Of a DNA stretch of 64,000 nucleotides, positions 38,634 to 51,680 are shown in pieces. Each line of letters starts with the position of its first letter. The first letter of the stretch is position 1. This DNA is from Octopus sinensis (Eukaryota), in assembly GCF_006345805.1 (NCBI RefSeq), contig NC_043002.1:62744001-62808000 (forward strand). Reading direction: 5' to 3'. The notes beneath the pieces were generated by a model. The model did not search any database. It was given only the letters and a program-made list of their open reading frames with translations, and was not told the DNA's origin. Position numbers and translations under genes: made by a program.

Positions 38634-38899
38634 TGTGTTCCATTCTGTTGAAGAGAGTAGGCTCGAAACGTAAAAGACTTTCTCACTTTCCGAGCGTTAA
38701 ACCTAATACATCTGTTAGTTGTTTACACACCCGTCTTCGTCTTTTGTTTTTTGTTTTTTTCTGTGTTCCTTTCTGTAGAAGAGCGTAGGCTCGAAACGTA
38801 AAAACCTTTTTCTATTCAGGGGCGTTATACTAATACATCTGTTTGTTTTGTACACCACCTGTCTTCGTCTTTTGTTTTATTTTTCGTAAACTCTCCCTA
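38634..38899 (+). mobile_element. Family D tandem dimer (128-bp period), each unit with a variant minimal hammerhead (38641-38676, 38769-38804)
   Basis: ctgttgaagagagtaggctcgaaacgtaaaag and ctttctgtagaagagcgtaggctcgaaacgtaaaa; (AT)n on both flanks. Confidence 0.75.
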
Positions 38900-39462
38900 T
38901 ATGTATATATATATATACGTAGTATGGAGGTTACCTCTCCTGTCACTGAAATAGGAACGTGCTTTTTGTGGTTAAAGTGTCTCTGACTTTTATTTCTAGG
39001 AACGCCGGTGCTCATTGCACCCTTAATTACTTAGTTACAGTATGCCCAGACATATGATGTCACAAGGGATATAGGAAGCCAGTAAGTAAATAACAAACTG
39101 TCACTGATGTTGCAAATAGTCACCAGGGAGAATAAAAGTATGTTACTGAAGCCATAGTATAACAGTTTGAATACCGCAGTAAATTTGCACATTGTATTAA
39201 TACTGAGTACAATACAGAAATGTGCATTTTCGTTTAATATTGTTTTTGGTACTTGTAGATAATTAAAAGTATCCCTTTTTTTCCTCTCTGTCTTTCCCCC
39301 TCTTCTCCCCGATATATATATAGAAGCCTTCTCTATACATATGTATATATTTAGGTAAATATATATGCACATATACATATTCACACACGCGCATACACAT
39401 ACTCACACATATATACACATACATACGCACACACAAACACATACAATTAATATATATATGTA

Positions 39463-39495
<33 letters not shown>

Positions 39496-39584
39496 GAATG
39501 TATGTATATACAAATATACATATATGACAAACTTATGCACATCAGATAAATACAAATATATGTGCATATATATATATATATATA

Positions 39585-39656
39585 TAAAGATTTATATATA
39601 TATATATACACACACATATATATATGTGTGTGTGTATAAATACGTATATATGTGTG

Positions 39657-39699
<43 letters not shown>

Positions 39700-39914
39700 A
39701 TTTATAATATACACACACATATATATGTGTGTTATAATACGTATATATGTGTGTATGTTATATATATATATATATATTATATATATAATAAAGATTTATA
39801 TATATACAACACCATATATGTTTGTGTATAAATACGTATATATATAATATATATATATATATATATTAAAGATTATATATATACACACACCATATATATT
39901 GTGTGTATAAATAC

Positions 39915-39952
<38 letters not shown>

Positions 39953-39960
39953 ATATATAT
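39585..39960. repeat. Minisatellite of ~4 x 80-110 bp microsatellite-built units
   Basis: Anchors aaagatt(t)ata and gtataaatacgtatata recur four times. Confidence 0.8.
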
Positions 39961-40587
39961 ACACACACGCAAGCACATATGTATAAAAAGAGAGAAAGTA
40001 ATAAAATGCATGTGTATGATTTATGCGAGTATCTGTGCATGACAGTGTATGGGTGCGTGAAAGTGTGTGCGTGCTTGTGTCTGTATGTGTGTGTCCGTCC
40101 GTGAGTATTTCACACATGTGGTAGCAAACGTATTTGCTGTGCTTTTATCTTCGCGATATACTTGGCGAAAAACCGTGCCTGAGATACTGTTGCAGCTAAT
40201 ATTACTATCAAAGCGGGTATTTAAATTGGTTGTTTGTTTTCTTTATGAACTTGTTTGTTTGCGCACACAATAGTCATCTTTCTGCTAGACTAAAAAACTT
40301 AACGTGTATATGCATAATTCTTCTTTGGTGTCTGTTTCATCCGATACCATGTCATATTCTATTACAGTTAATATGACTAAACTAATTCTTAGTTTCTTCA
40401 TTACAGAAATCTGAATCGTGAAATATTTCTGCAGATGTTCGTCAAAAGTAGAACATGTATTGAGTTAGAATCGCAAAGTACAAAGTACTTCGTAGGCTGG
40501 CTTCTACAAGCAAGAGACATATACGCAAAAACACACATACTTATACACAACCACCTATCATTCTCTATCAATGTATGTGTGTATATA

Positions 40588-40652
<65 letters not shown>

Positions 40653-40689
40653 GGAAGGATATTTGTCACCTAAATATCGCTAACTCTTA

Positions 40690-40890
40690 AGGGTTGATGT
40701 TACTGTAGCTTGTAGCCCAAGGAAGACATCTCCTCCAGCTGGCTATTTACCCGTTTATCTGTGCCCTATCAGTATTCACAAACGGAAGTCATCGTTCCCA
40801 TCTCCAACCTGACGTGATACACACGGACCCGAGTTTCTGAGTATTGACCCGTCGTCAGCGTGTGACAAACACTGTTTGGCGATGGGGAAT
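40690..40890 (-). mobile_element. RTE-like LINE 3' end
   Basis: Reverse complement contains gtcaggttggagatgggaacgatgacttcc, similar to the ggagatgggaactgacc end of the RTE remnant at ~57355. Confidence 0.45.
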
Positions 40891-40928
40891 GATTCTTACT
40901 GTAAATATATATATACTTTTCCAGTACA

Positions 40929-40960
<32 letters not shown>

Positions 40961-41895
40961 CCCGTGTATATATATGCATATTTATTATACACACACACAC
41001 ACACACTCGTACGTATCATTGTATATGAAAGGAGTTTGTCATCGGTACTCCTGAACTTGTCTTACTTTAGCGGTTTTATGATTGGTTGTTAAATTTACGT
41101 TATTTCCTTTTTTTTTTCGTTCACTGCTGCTTTTTTTCTCCAATTGTATATCAATAACATTATATATTTATTAATATACTTATTTACACACTTTCGCATA
41201 TCATATTTGTTCTTTGCGAATTGCAAAATATTAAACTGACATTGCATCTTCTTCTTCCTCCTCCTCCTCTTTCATTATCATTATTTTTTCTACATCTTCA
41301 AATTATTATTTTATCCATTAGGGGATCGATAAATTAAGTACCAGTCTCCCTCTTCATAAGTTCCAGGCCTTGTGCTTATAGTATAAATTATTATTATTGT
41401 TGTTGTTGTTGTCATTTTATTGTTATCAGCATCATCACCATCAACATCGTCATCATCATTATCATCATGCCCAACGTCGTTGACGTCGTCCCCATCATCA
41501 CCACCACCACCTCCACCAAAACCAACACCCCACCACCAATAGTGTTCCTCTTGTCGTTGACTCTCTTAACACATATTGTCATAAAGGCGGCAATTTTATT
41601 TATATTCTTGTTGTTATTTGATCCTGTTGTTGTTGTTCTCTTTGTTACTGTTGTTTTTGTTGTTGTTGATGTTTTTCTTTTTATTTTTGTTATCACAGTC
41701 TTGTCATAAAAGCACCATTGTTTCAAACACAACCTTTTAAATGTATTGTTCTTTCCAAAACAATTGTTTATTATCACTGTTCAGCTTAGCTTCATACGCA
41801 CACATGTATACTTACATACATTCTACATATATGTATGTACCTTATATGTATATATATATGTATGTATAAGAAGCAAAGTAGCTCTATTATATATG

Positions 41896-41938
<43 letters not shown>

Positions 41939-42125
41939 GTGTATATATAAATACGAATACATGTATATATATATATATAAAGGCATATATGTACCTATAT
42001 CTGTGGTTTTTATGCATCTACCCAGACACGCGCACATACATATATGCACATACACTTATGAACAAGCACATATGTGCCTACACACAGACACACACACATA
42101 TATAATATATATACATACATATATA

Positions 42126-42170
<45 letters not shown>

Positions 42171-43021
42171 GAGAGAGAGAGGAGAGAGAGAAGAGATAAT
42201 ATGGGTTTATGCCTGTGTGTGTTTGTGGGTAATTGTGCGCATGTGCGTGATGGTGATGTATGTGTCTGTGTTGAGACACGTCAATTAATATGAATGCTAA
42301 AACAGGTTACGCGAAAGCGATTGTTTATTGATTTCATTTAATGTTTATGGAACAACTTTTTCCATCTTCTTCCCCTCTCACCCCCAAACCCCGCCACCAA
42401 CACCACAACCACCACCACCAACTTCATCATTCACCACCGGCGATGTTGCCTTCACCGGCAACATCCATAACTTACTGTGATGAAGGCGACGACGAACATT
42501 ACCACCACCACTACCATCACCACCGCGAACTCCACAACCACAAAACACCGTCGCCTCCGCCGTCACATCCACGATCTCTTCACTTCCTCCTCCACGCCTC
42601 CTACTACTACAACTACTATAGCTGCTGCTACTGACGATTATGGCACCACCACCACTACTACTACTACCACCACCACCACTACTACGGCTTCTGCTGCTAC
42701 CAATGCTTTTACTGCTGCTGCTGCTGCTGCTAGCTAACTAGCAAATTAACTAATTAACTCACCAAGTAACTGACTATTTCACACCATTCAAATGGTAACT
42801 TCATAAAACTTTTCTCGAACACCAAACACCACCAACAACACCACTACTACCAGCACCATCATGGAGGAAAGAGAGCATGTCTTTTACCTTAACAGGGCGA
42901 ATTTCAAGCAACCAGCAAATGTCTCCTATTTTTGCAGTAACCAAAGAAGCATAGAATAAAGTGAAACTTATGTGGAGGTCACAAGGAACATCTGCATGAT
43001 ATCATTAACATAATGTGATAA

Positions 43022-43402
43022 TGTGGAGGCGCAATGGCCTAGTGGTTAGGGCAGCGGACTCGCGTTCGTAGAATCGCGGTTTCGATTCCCAGACCGAGCG
43101 TCGTAAGTGTTTATAGAGATAAACACGTAAAGTTCCAGAAGGCTCTGGCTGGAGGTATTGGCAAACCCTGCTGTACTCTTTCACCACAGTTTTCTCTCAC
43201 TCTTTCTTCCTATTTCTGTTGTACCTGTATTTCAAAGAGCCAGCCTTGTCACACGCTGTGTCACGCTCAATCTCCCCGAGAACTACGTTGAGGGCACACG
43301 TGTCTGTGGAATGCTCAGCCACTTGCACGCTAATTTCACGAGCAGGCTGTTCCATTGATTTGATCAACTGCAACCCCCGTCATCGTAACCGATGGAGTAC
43401 AA
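43022..43402 (+). mobile_element. SINE family B, full length (tRNA-like head)
   Basis: ggcgcaatggcctagtggttagggcag (A-box-like) and ggtttcgattccc (B-box-like). Body shared with 1-155, 29904-30257 and 54853-55157. Confidence 0.9.
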
Positions 43403-43563
43403 CGAATGTAATAATAATCCCGTCTCTCGCGGCATTTGTTTCAATAGTTTTGCACTTATACAGCGTTTCTGTTAAGAAATTGAATCAAATAAGGAAATAA
43501 TATGGAGTCCGTCAGTTATTTTAACGACTAATGCTGCATTATATTATTTGTGTATCGTCGAAT

Positions 43564-43780
43564 GCGGAGAGCTGGCAGAAACGTGAGCACGCCGGGTGAA
43601 ATGCTTAGCGGTATTTCGTCAGTCTTTATATTCTGAGTTCAAATTCCGCCGAGGTCAATTTTATCTTCCATCCTTTCGGGGTCGCTAAATTAAGTACCAG
43701 TTGCGTACTGGGGTTAGATATAATCGACTGGCCCCCTCCTCGAAAATTTCGGGATTTGTGCCTAGACTAGAACAGATTAT
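43564..43780 (+). mobile_element. SINE family A, full length, tail type 1
   Basis: Head, central box and gtgcctagactagaacagatta tail. Confidence 0.9.
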
Positions 43781-43890
43781 ATTATTTGCGAATTTGAAGT
43801 CACTATCAAACTTTTTTCTCCATGTAACCTAATACATACGCATACTTAAACATACATAGATACACACGAGGTTATACGACCACATATATC

Positions 43891-44118
43891 TTATTTCTTT
43901 ACTGCCCACAAGGGGCTACACACAGAGAGACAAACAAGGACAGACAAACGGATTAAGTCGATTATATCGACCCCGGTGCGTAACTGGTATTTATTTAATC
44001 GACCCCGAATGGATGAAAGGCAAAGTCGACCTGGCAGAATTTGAACTCAGAATGTAGCGACTGACGAAATACAGCTAAGCATTTCGCCCGGCGTGCTAAC
44101 GTTTCTGCCAGCTAGCGG
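43891..44118 (-). mobile_element. SINE family A, full length, tail type 2
   Basis: Head, central box and aatccgtttgtctgtccttgtttg...gtgggcagtaaagaaata tail. Confidence 0.9.
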
Positions 44119-45424
44119 AGCAAATAATACTGTTAGTAATCACGAAGGTTCTGCGTAATGTACTGCGTATAGCTAAAGCTAAATGAGGACACACCATAAG
44201 AGAGAAATACACAATAGTAAGTAAAAAGAAAAAACACAGGACAAAAAGCAATATGAGGAACGGCGACGTTTTGTCTACACGCATGTTTGTATGTATGTAT
44301 GTAGACATGCCTATGTTTAGGTGAGTATCGAAATTTCTGAATAATAGAGGTTTATATACAGCAAAGATATCATCCCTACTACCGTGTTTCATTTAGCTCT
44401 TTTGCATTCCTTAATGTATTAGTAGGATCGGTGGTGATAGTGAAGGTTGAAAAGCTAGCAGAAATGGTGGTGGTATTAGCAATGGTGCTGCTGATTGAGG
44501 TGGCGTTGAGCGTGAAAGTATTTGGGCCAATTTACCGGTTGGCAATCTTTATGTGGTGTCACATATCTTTTGCATGCTTCTGGTGAGAAATTCATAATTA
44601 GAAGCAACAAAACGAGAAAATGGATATCATCATGATATATGTGAAAGGTGAAGAGCTCAAATTTTCTCTGGTTTCATACTACGGTTCTTACAAATGGTGC
44701 CAATGTGTGTGTGTGTGTGTGTGTATCTACATTCACACGTAAACACACAGATTCGTAGGCGCTTACATATGCTAAATACATACACACATATGCACATGCA
44801 CATATGCATGTATACATAATAGAAGCATACTAAAGCAGTGCTCCAGCATGGCCGCAGTCAAATGACTGAAACAAGTAAAAGAGTAAAAGAATAAAAGACT
44901 ATATATATATATCTATACATGTATATATATATATATACACACATACACACATATATATACATACATACACGTGCATGTATGTATATATATATATATATAT
45001 ATACACACACATACACACACATATATACATACATACACGTGCATGTATGTATATATATATATATACACACACATATATATACATACATACATACACGTGT
45101 ATGTATGTCGTTGTGTGTGTGAACGTATGAACATGTATATATGAAACACCCACAGAAACGTATATACGTATATATATCCACTCAGTCACATATGTATGTA
45201 CTCACACTCGCTCGCACTCGCTCGCGCACTCACACACGCACACACATGCAAACACACATGTAAACACATACGCATACAAAGATGGGTGACTGTTGCTGGA
45301 GTTGGTATTTGGAAATGTTTGCGAAGTCTCGTCTACCGAAACTTGGAAATAAGCAACATGTTTTGAGTGCCTTTCTCTTTGTTCATATTATGTTTCTGTT
45401 ATAACCTTAAGAATATATATAATA

Positions 45425-45462
<38 letters not shown>

Positions 45463-45465
<3 letters not shown>

Positions 45466-45665
45466 GCATTCGCCATGATTGATCGCTAGTCACTAAATCT
45501 TTTTATTATCTCTCTGTGCTTATTTGTGTTCGTTTCTGTTGAAGAGCGTAGGCTCGAAACGTAAAATACTTTCTCACTTCCCGAGCGTTAAACTAATACA
45601 TCTGTTTGTTGTTTACACACCCGTCTTCGTCTTTTATTTATTAATTTTTTTTGTAAATTCCAACT

Positions 45666-45666
<1 letters not shown>
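45463..45666 (+). mobile_element. Family D PLE-terminal repeat with variant hammerhead (45532-45567)
   Basis: gtttctgttgaagagcgtaggctcgaaacgtaaaat; the flanks match 9364-9548 and 38634-38899. Confidence 0.75.
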
Positions 45667-45696
<30 letters not shown>

Positions 45697-46196
45697 GTAT
45701 GAGCTTAATTCATTCCATGATCAAGCTCGTCTTACGATTTACTCGTTTTACAAATCAATTTTCCATAATTCACTAAACTGTAATTAGTCTGTTCCAGCCC
45801 CTCAAATACCACCCAAAATAATTTTTTATGGGCTTTAAAACTGAAAAGGTGTACTTACAAGTAAAATTACAACTATAAATTAGAGGAAGCAAAAGAAATG
45901 TGAATTGGTTTTATTAAGTGAATTACCTTAAAGATGGATCTATTTGTGTACTCGTATAGCGGATTTCTGCTCGTACTTCAAGAAAAATATATCGCACGAG
46001 TCTCGGCTTGTACAGCAAACTACTCGTACAGTGGTGCACTCGTACTGCGAGGTTCTACTATATTTATATATTATCTACAGTTATTCTATGAGCTTTCCAT
46101 AGTAGCTTTTCGGGTTTGTTTTTTAATATATATATATATATGTGTGTGTGTGAGTGTGTGTGTGTGTGTAATATATGTATGTATGCTTATGCAGTT

Positions 46197-46345
46197 GAAA
46201 TTTATAGGAAAACAAAAGACGAAGTCAGGGGTATGAACAAGAAGCAAGTGTATTGGTTTGACGCTTGGGAAAAATGGAAAAGTTTTTTACGTTTCGAGCC
46301 TACGCTCTTCAACAGAAAGGGTTAAGAGAAAATAAAGAGAGAGGG
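46197..46345 (-). mobile_element. Family D repeat, inverted, with variant hammerhead (46284-46319)
   Basis: Reverse complement reads cctttctgttgaagagcgtaggctcgaaacgtaaaaaa. Confidence 0.75.
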
Positions 46346-47139
46346 AATGAAAAAACGCACATATATAAAAAAAAACATACATTTATGCCCACAATAACTA
46401 CATATTTATCTGTGTTTGAATGAAAAAGTAAATTTATTGTGGCATATATTTTTTCTGAACAGCCTGATTATTTAAAATGCTCCTGTAATTCACTGATTCA
46501 TTAAATGCTTTACGTAATCGTTCTCGCTGCTTTAACGAAAGATCACTCTTATACGAAAGCATTCAGTTCTTCATAATACTTATATATGCAAGACTTAATT
46601 GTACAATACCCTTTTCTGTTTCAGAATTCAAGATGTATTTTGTGGAATATTAGTGTTATCTCTAACAGGCATGGTGATCACGTGGTGATTTACTCATTGG
46701 CTTTTGAAGTCTACAATCTGAGGAAGAACGTCTATTTAAGGTGTAGTAATTGATATCAATATTTTTTTTATTAATCTGATAAGATATTTATTTCTTTAAC
46801 GTAAAATATTATTTATCATACGATAACTCCTGGAAAGAATTTTAATTTCGCTTTTCAACATCAACCAATAATAAAAGCTTGCATATCCTGGTAGTGTTCC
46901 TTCTATTCCTACATCAACATGTAAGATGTTGTCTATGATTCGCTGATAAAAATATAGCTAGACCGAAACAAGATGGTAGTTGTTTCCAGTGATTGCCAAA
47001 ACCATTACGTTAACGTAAGTCACTAACTTATAATATTTTTGGTTATTTGTTTTTTTTCTTAATGGTTACGACCTTGTAATTATTTTCCCTTGTAATTTAA
47101 AGTTGTCGGCACAAAACGCGTTCACTCTAATATGTTTAA

Positions 47140-47480
47140 TATTACATCATGGTTTCTCTTCCAGTCCCATCGCGTAACACCTTGGGCAAGTTTCTTCTAT
47201 TATATATAGCTGACCGAAGCAAAGCTTCGTGGGTGATTTTGGCAGACAGAAATGGAAAGAAGCCCGTGTGTGTGTGTGTGTGTGTCTTTGTGTCTGTTCC
47301 CTCTACCCACCATTTCACAACCACTATGTTTAGGTTCTTCCTATTTAGTGGTTCGGTAAAAAATACTCAGAATGGTGTACTAGGCTTATAAAAAAAAACG
47401 TCGATTGGTTCGACCAAAATTCTTCAAGCCGGTATTCCAGCATGGCCAGAGCCTAATAGCTGAAACAAATAAAAGATAAG
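47140..47480 (+). mobile_element. SINE family C, degenerate
   Basis: caccttgggcaagtttcttctatta, gaaagaagcccgtg and ccagcatggccaga...ctgaaacaaataaaaga. Confidence 0.7.
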
Positions 47481-48194
47481 ATTACTATACAAATTCTTTC
47501 TCTACAGCTATATGGGTTAAACTATTTGAGGTTAATATATTCCATTCGGCTCTTGTATTGCCATTTTTAAACTTAAGCTTGTCTTGCAATTTTTTGCACA
47601 CACCCCGCAGTTTTATGACACCCATAAAATAAGTTCAAAAGGAAACAATACGGTCGATATAACCAAGTTAAACACTTGAAAGTAATTCCTGATGATTAAA
47701 GCAAGAAATAATATGATCATGCACGCCATTTATACACACACATACATATAAGAATAATGAGCAGAAAAAATGTGGCATTAAGTGATTGATAGGACATACA
47801 CGCGTTTCAGCAATGTACCGAAATAATTGCATAACCGTAGTAGAAACATTATGCAATCATGTAACTCACATGATGTGTGTCACGCAATAAACATAACAAT
47901 CGATGTTAAAATCTCCATATATATCCACTTTCTACTGTTATGCAAATAATCAACAACCTCGCATGTCACATATAATTGCAGGAGCCAGACTAAGTAACAT
48001 ATAAAAGTCTGAACAATAGCATGCCTCAGCATTTATTATGATAGCAGATAATTTTAGCGAACGGTGAGAGGATCCATAACACGTTCAATATATTGTAATA
48101 ATACCCTCTACTTAATGTCATTAGCCGTTTATCGGTTTTGAAACTGCACTATCCCCATATGATCATAAGCTGTTTCTACTACATGTATACAAAC

Positions 48195-48272
<78 letters not shown>

Positions 48273-48373
48273 CATTATCAAATCTCAGAACGAGATGTAA
48301 ACATTAATTGCTCGACAATGTAAAGTATAAAAGCCATATGGTTAGCCATAATGAGATGGCTTTTATACTTTAT

Positions 48374-48374
<1 letters not shown>

Positions 48375-48472
<98 letters not shown>

Positions 48473-48473
48473 T
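48375..48473. repeat. Pure (GATA)n
   Basis: Directly visible. Confidence 0.97.
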
Positions 48474-49146
48474 AAGATGAACTTACTTGGAAATGGATGC
48501 GTGGCGCTCAATCAAATAATAAATAATAATAGAAATAATATATATCTATATATATTTGTCATTGAATGTGTCTCCGTGTCTGTATTTGTATGGAAGTGTG
48601 TGTGTGTGTGTGTGTGTGTGTGTACATCTGTTTATGGATGTGCATGTGTGTTTATAGAAATTCCAAAAGCTATCTTCTGAAGAGCAAATTGACCCACTAG
48701 GAGATTGATATTTGCCTTGCTCTAGCTCAACTCACTATTGTATACTCAAAGTAAAACAACTTTCAAGTGGAGTTGCTTAAAGAACAATGTGTAGAAATTG
48801 CTTTTACTACGAGACGTCATTATCTCCTAGTCGCTCTTCTATAAGCCAATTTAGTAACGTAAACACTCGTCTAATAAATCATATATGTAGTCACTCAATG
48901 AACGTATGCATGTATAATCGGGTGGATAATTGTTCCCGCATATTCCACGTACTTAAATCTACATCGAGTGATCCTTTGCAATTCCGTGTCCTTTAGAATC
49001 AGGCACAACTCAAGGTGAGTGAAAGATCGTAAAACATAAAGCCTAAGAAACGGAAAGCAGACGATAGATCGTCAACACATCTGAGGGCCTAAATATTAGG
49101 GCCACTTATGTCGTCCTAAACTGTTTATACATACACACATTCATAA

Positions 49147-49184
<38 letters not shown>

Positions 49185-49949
49185 ATACACATTTCCAATA
49201 AAATATGTTAGATGACTATACTTGATAATGGATATGTTTGTGGGGGGGGGGCGTCTGTAAATGCGATTGGCAAACGTACTTTGACATGTATTTCTATATT
49301 TAGAAAATAAACCTTTTTGTAGATGCAAAAGCAAAATATAAATCAATGACTCAGAGAATAATATATATAGAAATAACCTAGAAATACATATGACAGACTG
49401 TTCATCGAAGACAGACATTGAAAATAGCAATAAAAGAATGTGGCTAGTAGGTAATGAAGATTTTCAGTCAAATATTTTTTTATATCTAGAGGCAAAACGA
49501 ACTCCACTCAAGTTGTATAAATAACGACAATATGAGGACACAAAAGATGATATGCTTCAACGGAAAACAATAAACATTTCTTAACTAAAAACGAATCCAG
49601 TCTGGATCTCCAGATGTCCTAATCCCATCTTTCTTAAGAGAACAGGTTGTTATCTTTGCCTATTTATCATTTTCTCTAGCTTTGGTTTCTTACATTTACG
49701 AAGATGTGTTTCGGACAACGTCGAGTCAACCAAATTGTATCAGTGAAATTCTAGAGGACTGAAATAATGCTACGTTCCCTCACCCAGATGAATTGAAGCC
49801 TTGTAACTATGTGACACATTTTGCACAGATGGTGTGATATGTAATACGATTCATATACATTAAGAAAGTCTGGTCCCTTTTCTAGCACGATATCGCACAA
49901 TTTTCTCTTGACGGAGCCGCAGAGGACAAAAAGTAAGAGTATGATAGCT

Positions 49950-50280
49950 ATAATTTTATCAGACGCTAATAGTCTTTCGTCTGTGGAGCATTTCTGTCAG
50001 TCAAACTTCCACAGTAACGTCCCAATGAATGCTAGTTATGAGGAAGTGTGGCGACATTCACGACAGAACATCTATGGAAGTACATCGGCAACTATCCACT
50101 GACTGGTCGATTGCAGAGCAGTTTAAGACCAAGAGTTAGGGATGACATCAAGAAATTCCTTATCCGCTACGGTACAGCATTGCTGCCACTCGATAAACCC
50201 TAAAGCAACGTCTGTGTCGCCAGCTGATCCTCTCGTTGCACATTCGTTCAGTGTCCAGGGCCTGCTACTGGTTAAATCCA
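49950..50280 (-). pseudogene. Possible RTE-like ORF C-terminal remnant
   Basis: Minus frame SRPWTLNE...LGFIEWQQ...DKEFL resembles RTE ETWTL...ISWQQH.TNKELY. Confidence 0.35.
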
Positions 50281-50817
50281 TCGTCGATAACATTCCGTCG
50301 TTTAAATGGTAAGAGCTATAAGCTTTATTTGCTTTGTGGCTAAGTTGAAAGAAATTGTATGACGAACTGAAAGAATTTATCGGTTAAGCCGCCATTTATT
50401 GTTTTAGAGTTCATTTTGAAGGAAAAACAATGAAGGTGAAAAGGGGGCGTTTGCTACCTCAGTAAATTTATTGGCATGCTGGTGAATGTAGTAAGCATAA
50501 TTCTATGAATATGTGTACGATTGTAGACCATAAAATGGCAGCTGTGTGGAGTCCCTGGCTCCTGGTGGTCAGAGTAATGCAAAACCTATAGAGACACTTG
50601 ATTGACCCAATGTACGTATCTTCTTTACAAGAGGATTTTACATGTCATTTTTTATATTATTATTGGCGACGAGGGAGGATCATTAACACGGCAAACAAAA
50701 TGCTTAGTGGTATTTATTCCGACTTTAATTTCTGATTTAACTTTCATGCTTTCGGTGTCGATACAGTAAGTATCGACCCCGAAATCATTATTTAACACTA
50801 GGGTCCATGTAATTACC

Positions 50818-51010
50818 AAGGCGGTGAGTTGGCTGAATCGTTAGCATGCTGAGCAAAATGCTTAGCAGAATTTCGTCCGGCATTTTTGTTTTTTATTCTA
50901 AGCACAAATTCCGCTGAGGTCGACTTTGCCTTTCATCCATTTTGGGGTCGATAAATTACGAAGTGAATGAGAACGCCCCGAAATTACTGGCCTTGTACCA
51001 AAAATTTGAA
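50818..51010 (+). mobile_element. SINE family A, degenerate
   Basis: ggcggtgagttggctgaatcgttagc...gaggtcgactttgcctttcatcc...ggggtcgataaa. Confidence 0.75.
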
Positions 51011-51060
51011 TCCATTATTATTATTATATTATTATTATTAAATTTATTATTATTATTATT

Positions 51061-51390
51061 TTCTATTGTCTTTGCACAGCTTCTAACGCTGGAGATGTAC
51101 TACGGTGCCAGCTGTTCACTACCAGTGAACTAAGGTAACACTCTTAATTTTTCGAACACCACCCAGAGTATTCGAGCGATTCCAAGCAGTGCTGTTTTCT
51201 ACAAGTGTTCCACCCTTATTGCAGCCCCTATTTGTTCCATGTCCTTCTCAATATTTTTACACACTGTTGCCAGGGCTCCGACAATTATTGGTTCTACTAC
51301 CACTTTTTTCATCGACCACAACTGCTTAACCTCCCAAGTTATCCTGTCATATCTGTCGACTTTTCTTTGTTCCCTATCGCATACCTTGTC
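51061..51390 (-). mobile_element. R4/Dong-like LINE 3' end (endonuclease C-terminus, UTR, (TAA)n tail)
   Basis: Translation KVDRYDRITWEVKQLWSMKKVVVEPIIVGALATVCKNIEKDMEQIGAAIRVEHL*KTALLGIARILWVVFEK. Confidence 0.8.
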
Positions 51391-51445
51391 GTTATTATTA
51401 CTATTATCATCATCGTCATTATTATTATTATTATTATTATTATCA

Positions 51446-51680
51446 TTGCCTTTGCACGGCTTCTAACGGTGTCCACTACCAGTGAACTAAGGTAAGACCC
51501 TTTATTTTTCGAGCACCATCCGTAGTATTCGAGCGGTTTTTTGCAGGTGTTCCATCCTTATTACAGCCCCTATTTGTTCCATTTTGTTCTCAAGATTTTT
51601 ACACACTGTTCCTAGGGCACCTCCCAAGCTATCCTGTCATATCTATCAAATTTTCTTTCTTCACTATCGAATACTTTCTT
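51446..51680 (-). mobile_element. Second copy of the same R4/Dong-like 3' end, with internal deletions
   Basis: ctttgcacggcttctaac...ccactaccagtgaactaaggtaag...cagcccctatttgttccat...cctcccaagctatcctgtcatatct is collinear with 51061-51390. Confidence 0.8.
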
